Part shown: positions 61,189 through 64,000 of the stretch, piece after piece | How the letters are laid out: each line of letters opens with the position of its first letter | Numbering within the stretch: the first letter of the stretch is position 1 | Assembly: GCF_018350175.1 (NCBI RefSeq) | Contig: NC_058369.1 | Span: forward strand, 3,164,001-3,228,000 | Reading direction: 5' to 3' | Source: Felis catus | Lineage: Eukaryota | DNA: 64,000 nt | The notes under the pieces: model-generated | Told to the model about the DNA's origin: nothing | Database searches by the model: none | The model's input: the letters and a program-made list of their open reading frames with translations, nothing else | Program-made: the position numbers and the translations under genes

Positions 61189-61361
61189 GCGCCTGGACCG
61201 CCCACCCCGCCCGGCTGATCCAGAGGCGGGCCCTCCCAGGCCTCGGTTGTTTCAGCCGGCACCCTCTCCTCTCTTGCTGCTTGGAGCCTTAACTCCTGCG
61301 GGGGTCACCACGGGGGGAGCGGCGGGCCCCAGGGCGGGCCCTCCTCCCCACCTCGCGTCCT

Positions 61362-61367
61362 AATAAA
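61362..61367 (+). terminator. FSD1 polyadenylation signal
   Basis: AATAAA about 175 nt after the stop codon. Confidence 0.75.
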
Positions 61368-61602
61368 GGTCAATCACTGGCCAGGCCGTGCTGATGGTTC
61401 TTTGGGGCTGGGTGGCACGGAGTGTGCCCCAAACCTTTCTGGACCTCGGCTTTCCTGGCTGTAAAGTGGGCTTCTCTCGTAGGGCCGGGTGGCAGGTTTT
61501 GCTAAGAGGGGCCAGCCGTGGGCAGACGTCTACCAGACCCCCACTGCCTCCCGCCCCCCCCCTCCCCAGGCCAGACGCAGAGGCCCTGGGGTCACTTGAG
61601 CT

Positions 61603-61608
61603 TTTATT
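61603..61608 (-). terminator. STAP2 polyadenylation signal
   Basis: TTTATT on the + strand, 27 nt past the STAP2 stop codon. Confidence 0.7.
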
Positions 61609-61635
61609 CTGGGAGGGGGGGTCTGCCTCTCTGGC

Positions 61636-63829
61636 TCACACGTCCCCAGCGTGTCCGGCCGAGTGCTCCAGCGCCCGTCTCCTCCGTAGTTTCTCTTCCA
61701 GCTCGGCGGTCAAATCCGCCAGGCCTGGTTGGGGTGGGGGGGCGGGAGGACTTCAGCCGCATCAGGGGTCCCCAGCCCACGCTGTCCCCCCACCCCACCC
61801 GCAGAATCTGTGGGCCCCGTGAGAAATGAAAATCTATTCAAAAGCCTCGAGGGGTTTCAAGACCGCACGGCGTTAAGCCAAGCGTGGGGCCCTTCGGAGT
61901 GTGGGTCCCGCGTGACAGCACGGGTCACCGGCCGCACGGACCCCCAAACGCCTCACCTGTCGTGGGGAAGAAAGCCTGCGCTGAGTTGCCCGCCAGTTTC
62001 TTGGCCAGGCCGCCGTTGAGGCCTTGGGGCTCTGGAGGAGGGGGCAGAGGAGGGACTGAGGCCCGCTCTCCACCGGACAAGGGAAGGGCTTGGGGGCGGG
62101 ACCCCTACCTGGCTTGGGCGCAATGGGTGGCTTTGGCAGCTTTGGAGGCTTTGCCTGAACCTTTGCCACCTTCTTGAGCTTCCGGATGACCGGCCGACTA
62201 GAGGAAGGCACTGTGTGGACAAAGGTGTGGCACGTCACGTCACGTCTACCTTTCAGCCTCCTCCCCTGTCCCCGTCTCCCCCCCGCCCCCACCTACCGTC
62301 CCCGTTCACGTAGGTGGCGGCTGGGGTGTGTGCGATGGGGATCACGTAGTTCTCATCCTCGTTTGGGAGTGGGGTGAGCTTGTTCGGGCTCGACACGGGT
62401 GTGACGGGCACGGGAGGCAGCTGCCTGGGGCCACCCGAGGGGGGTGCGGGACCTGGTGAGAAACGCAGTCGCCAGATACACGCGTGTGACCCTGTGCGTG
62501 CGTGGTTCTTACACACGCTCACCCAGGAGTCGGTGTCTGTGTCCCTGTGTCGCATAACCTGGCACACCGAGTGAATTTGCATAGTTGAATACAGGCAGAG
62601 GGTTTGTACGCGCACCTGAATGCGTGGGTACGTGCCTGACACCGCGAGGGTGCTGATATTTGTCTACGTTAGCGTGTGCACCCACGTGCCTATACGTGTC
62701 CAAATTTGTGCTCGCCAGTGAGCATTCGTGTCCACACACGTGATTGTGGCTTAAGGTGTGTGTATGTGTGCCACACGGGACGGGAATCGTGTGACACGAG
62801 TATTCGTGCATGTGCGGAGCCCTTGTCCGTGCACGGTTCTGCACGTGAGCTGCTTGTGCAGGTGGACGCAATTCGTGTTTGTGAGTGTTCACGTGTGTAT
62901 GTGTGCACATTCGTGCCCACTGTGCACAAGGGGCCCCCAGCGTCTGCTCAGCCCAGAGGCCTTCCTAGCATCGTCTTCCCGCCTTGTAAACGGGATCCCC
63001 CCCCCACCCCTTTCTCAATAGCCACCCCAGTTCCCATCTCTGGGTAGATGTCGCTCCAGGTGAGCCCTCCGTCCCCTCCATTGCCCATCTCAACCTACTG
63101 AAATCCTTTGAGGCCTTAAGCAAACACCGCCTCCTCCAGGAAGCCTCCCCCCTTTCTCTCCCCAACTCTAGGCACCGCTGTCTTCAGCCCCAGGTTCAAC
63201 CCCACAGGGCTGGAAGTGTGTCCAGCTCTGTCCCCCCCTCCACAACCCGGAGGGCAGGGTCTGGGTAACTTCTGGGTCCTTGTAACTCTGGGTCCAAGAC
63301 TGGACACGGGCGGCGCCATGTGGGTCCCAGGTCTCTCTGCACTATGGCCCAGCGGGGGGGCATCACCTGGGCCTCGGGGCGCGGGGGCCTCGCGTGCCAG
63401 CCACACACTCTCGCCGTTCTCGTTATCCGCCTCCACGTAGCCTGGAACAGAGAGTGGTCCTAGAGGAGGCGCGGCGGCTGGGGGTTGATCCAGGGGTGCC
63501 CCGTGGGGGCAGGGGAGGGAGAGGCACGTACTGGGTTCCCGGAGTTCCCTGAGGCCGCACTCACCTAGCACCTTCTCATAGTCCTCGTCTGGCAGGAAGG
63601 GCACCAGCGATTTCTTGGTGCGTGTCACGAAATAGTTGACCACTGCGTCAAGTGAGTCGCAGGAGAACTGGAGGCGGGTAGAGGTCGCAGTCGGGGCTGT
63701 TGGGGAAGGGGCGCAGACCCCCCCCCCCGCGTTTTCCAGTACCCCAGCCCAACGCTCACCGGCTCCTCCACGTCGATCACATACTTGGGGCCCTCGTGCT
63801 TCACCTTGTAGTGCCGGACCACCGACGAC
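61636..63829 (-). CDS. STAP2: Signal transducing adaptor family member 2, C-terminal part (5' exons lie beyond the window)
   Basis: Exons 63829-63760, 63667-63565, 63441-63367, 62452-62297, 62210-62109, 62031-61957, 61724-61636 (TGA), phase-consistent. VVRHYKVKHEGPKYVIDVEEP, FSCDSLDAVVNYF, DEDYEKVLGYVEAD and the Pro-rich tail match recalled STAP2. Confidence 0.95.
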
Positions 63830-64000
63830 CTGCCCAGGAAGTGGTGAGTGAGGGGGCTGGCGCAGGCCCAGGAGGAACCCGCCCCTCGTCCTGGCTCCGC
63901 CCCCACGGAGGGGCTAACCTGGTCCTCCGCACAGTGACCGTGCCCTGACCTGGCGTGACTCTCCCGGGAGAATCAGGCCCTCTACTGACTGCACACCCCC

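Overview
GC-rich mammalian genomic DNA, almost certainly from a carnivore and probably a felid (dense tRNA-derived Can-SINE/SINEC_Fc-type elements). Gene order matches my recollection of human 19p13.3: 3' part of ANKRD24 (+), EBI3 (+), YJU2/CCDC94 (+), SHD (+), TMIGD2/CD28H (-), FSD1 (+), and the 3' part of STAP2 (-). Exon chains were assembled by hand from GT-AG boundaries with phase checks. EBI3 (225 aa), YJU2 (322 aa), SHD (340 aa) and FSD1 (496 aa) are complete open frames. The strongest observation is that TMIGD2, the T/NK co-stimulatory receptor for HHLA2, keeps all five exons in place but looks like a unitary pseudogene: two frameshifts and loss of both Ig cysteines in exon 2, an AG>GG acceptor and a proline-broken TM in exon 4, and a Tyr>TAG stop plus frameshifts in exon 5. 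Secondary observations: an apparently shifted EBI3 exon-2 acceptor, loss of the STAP2 YXXQ motif, a SINE-split tailless U6 retrocopy, several tandem repeats built from old transposon sequence, and signs of AT>GC drift. No prokaryote-type or wholly novel system is supported. Gene and repeat names and all cross-species comparisons come from recalled sequences, not from a search.
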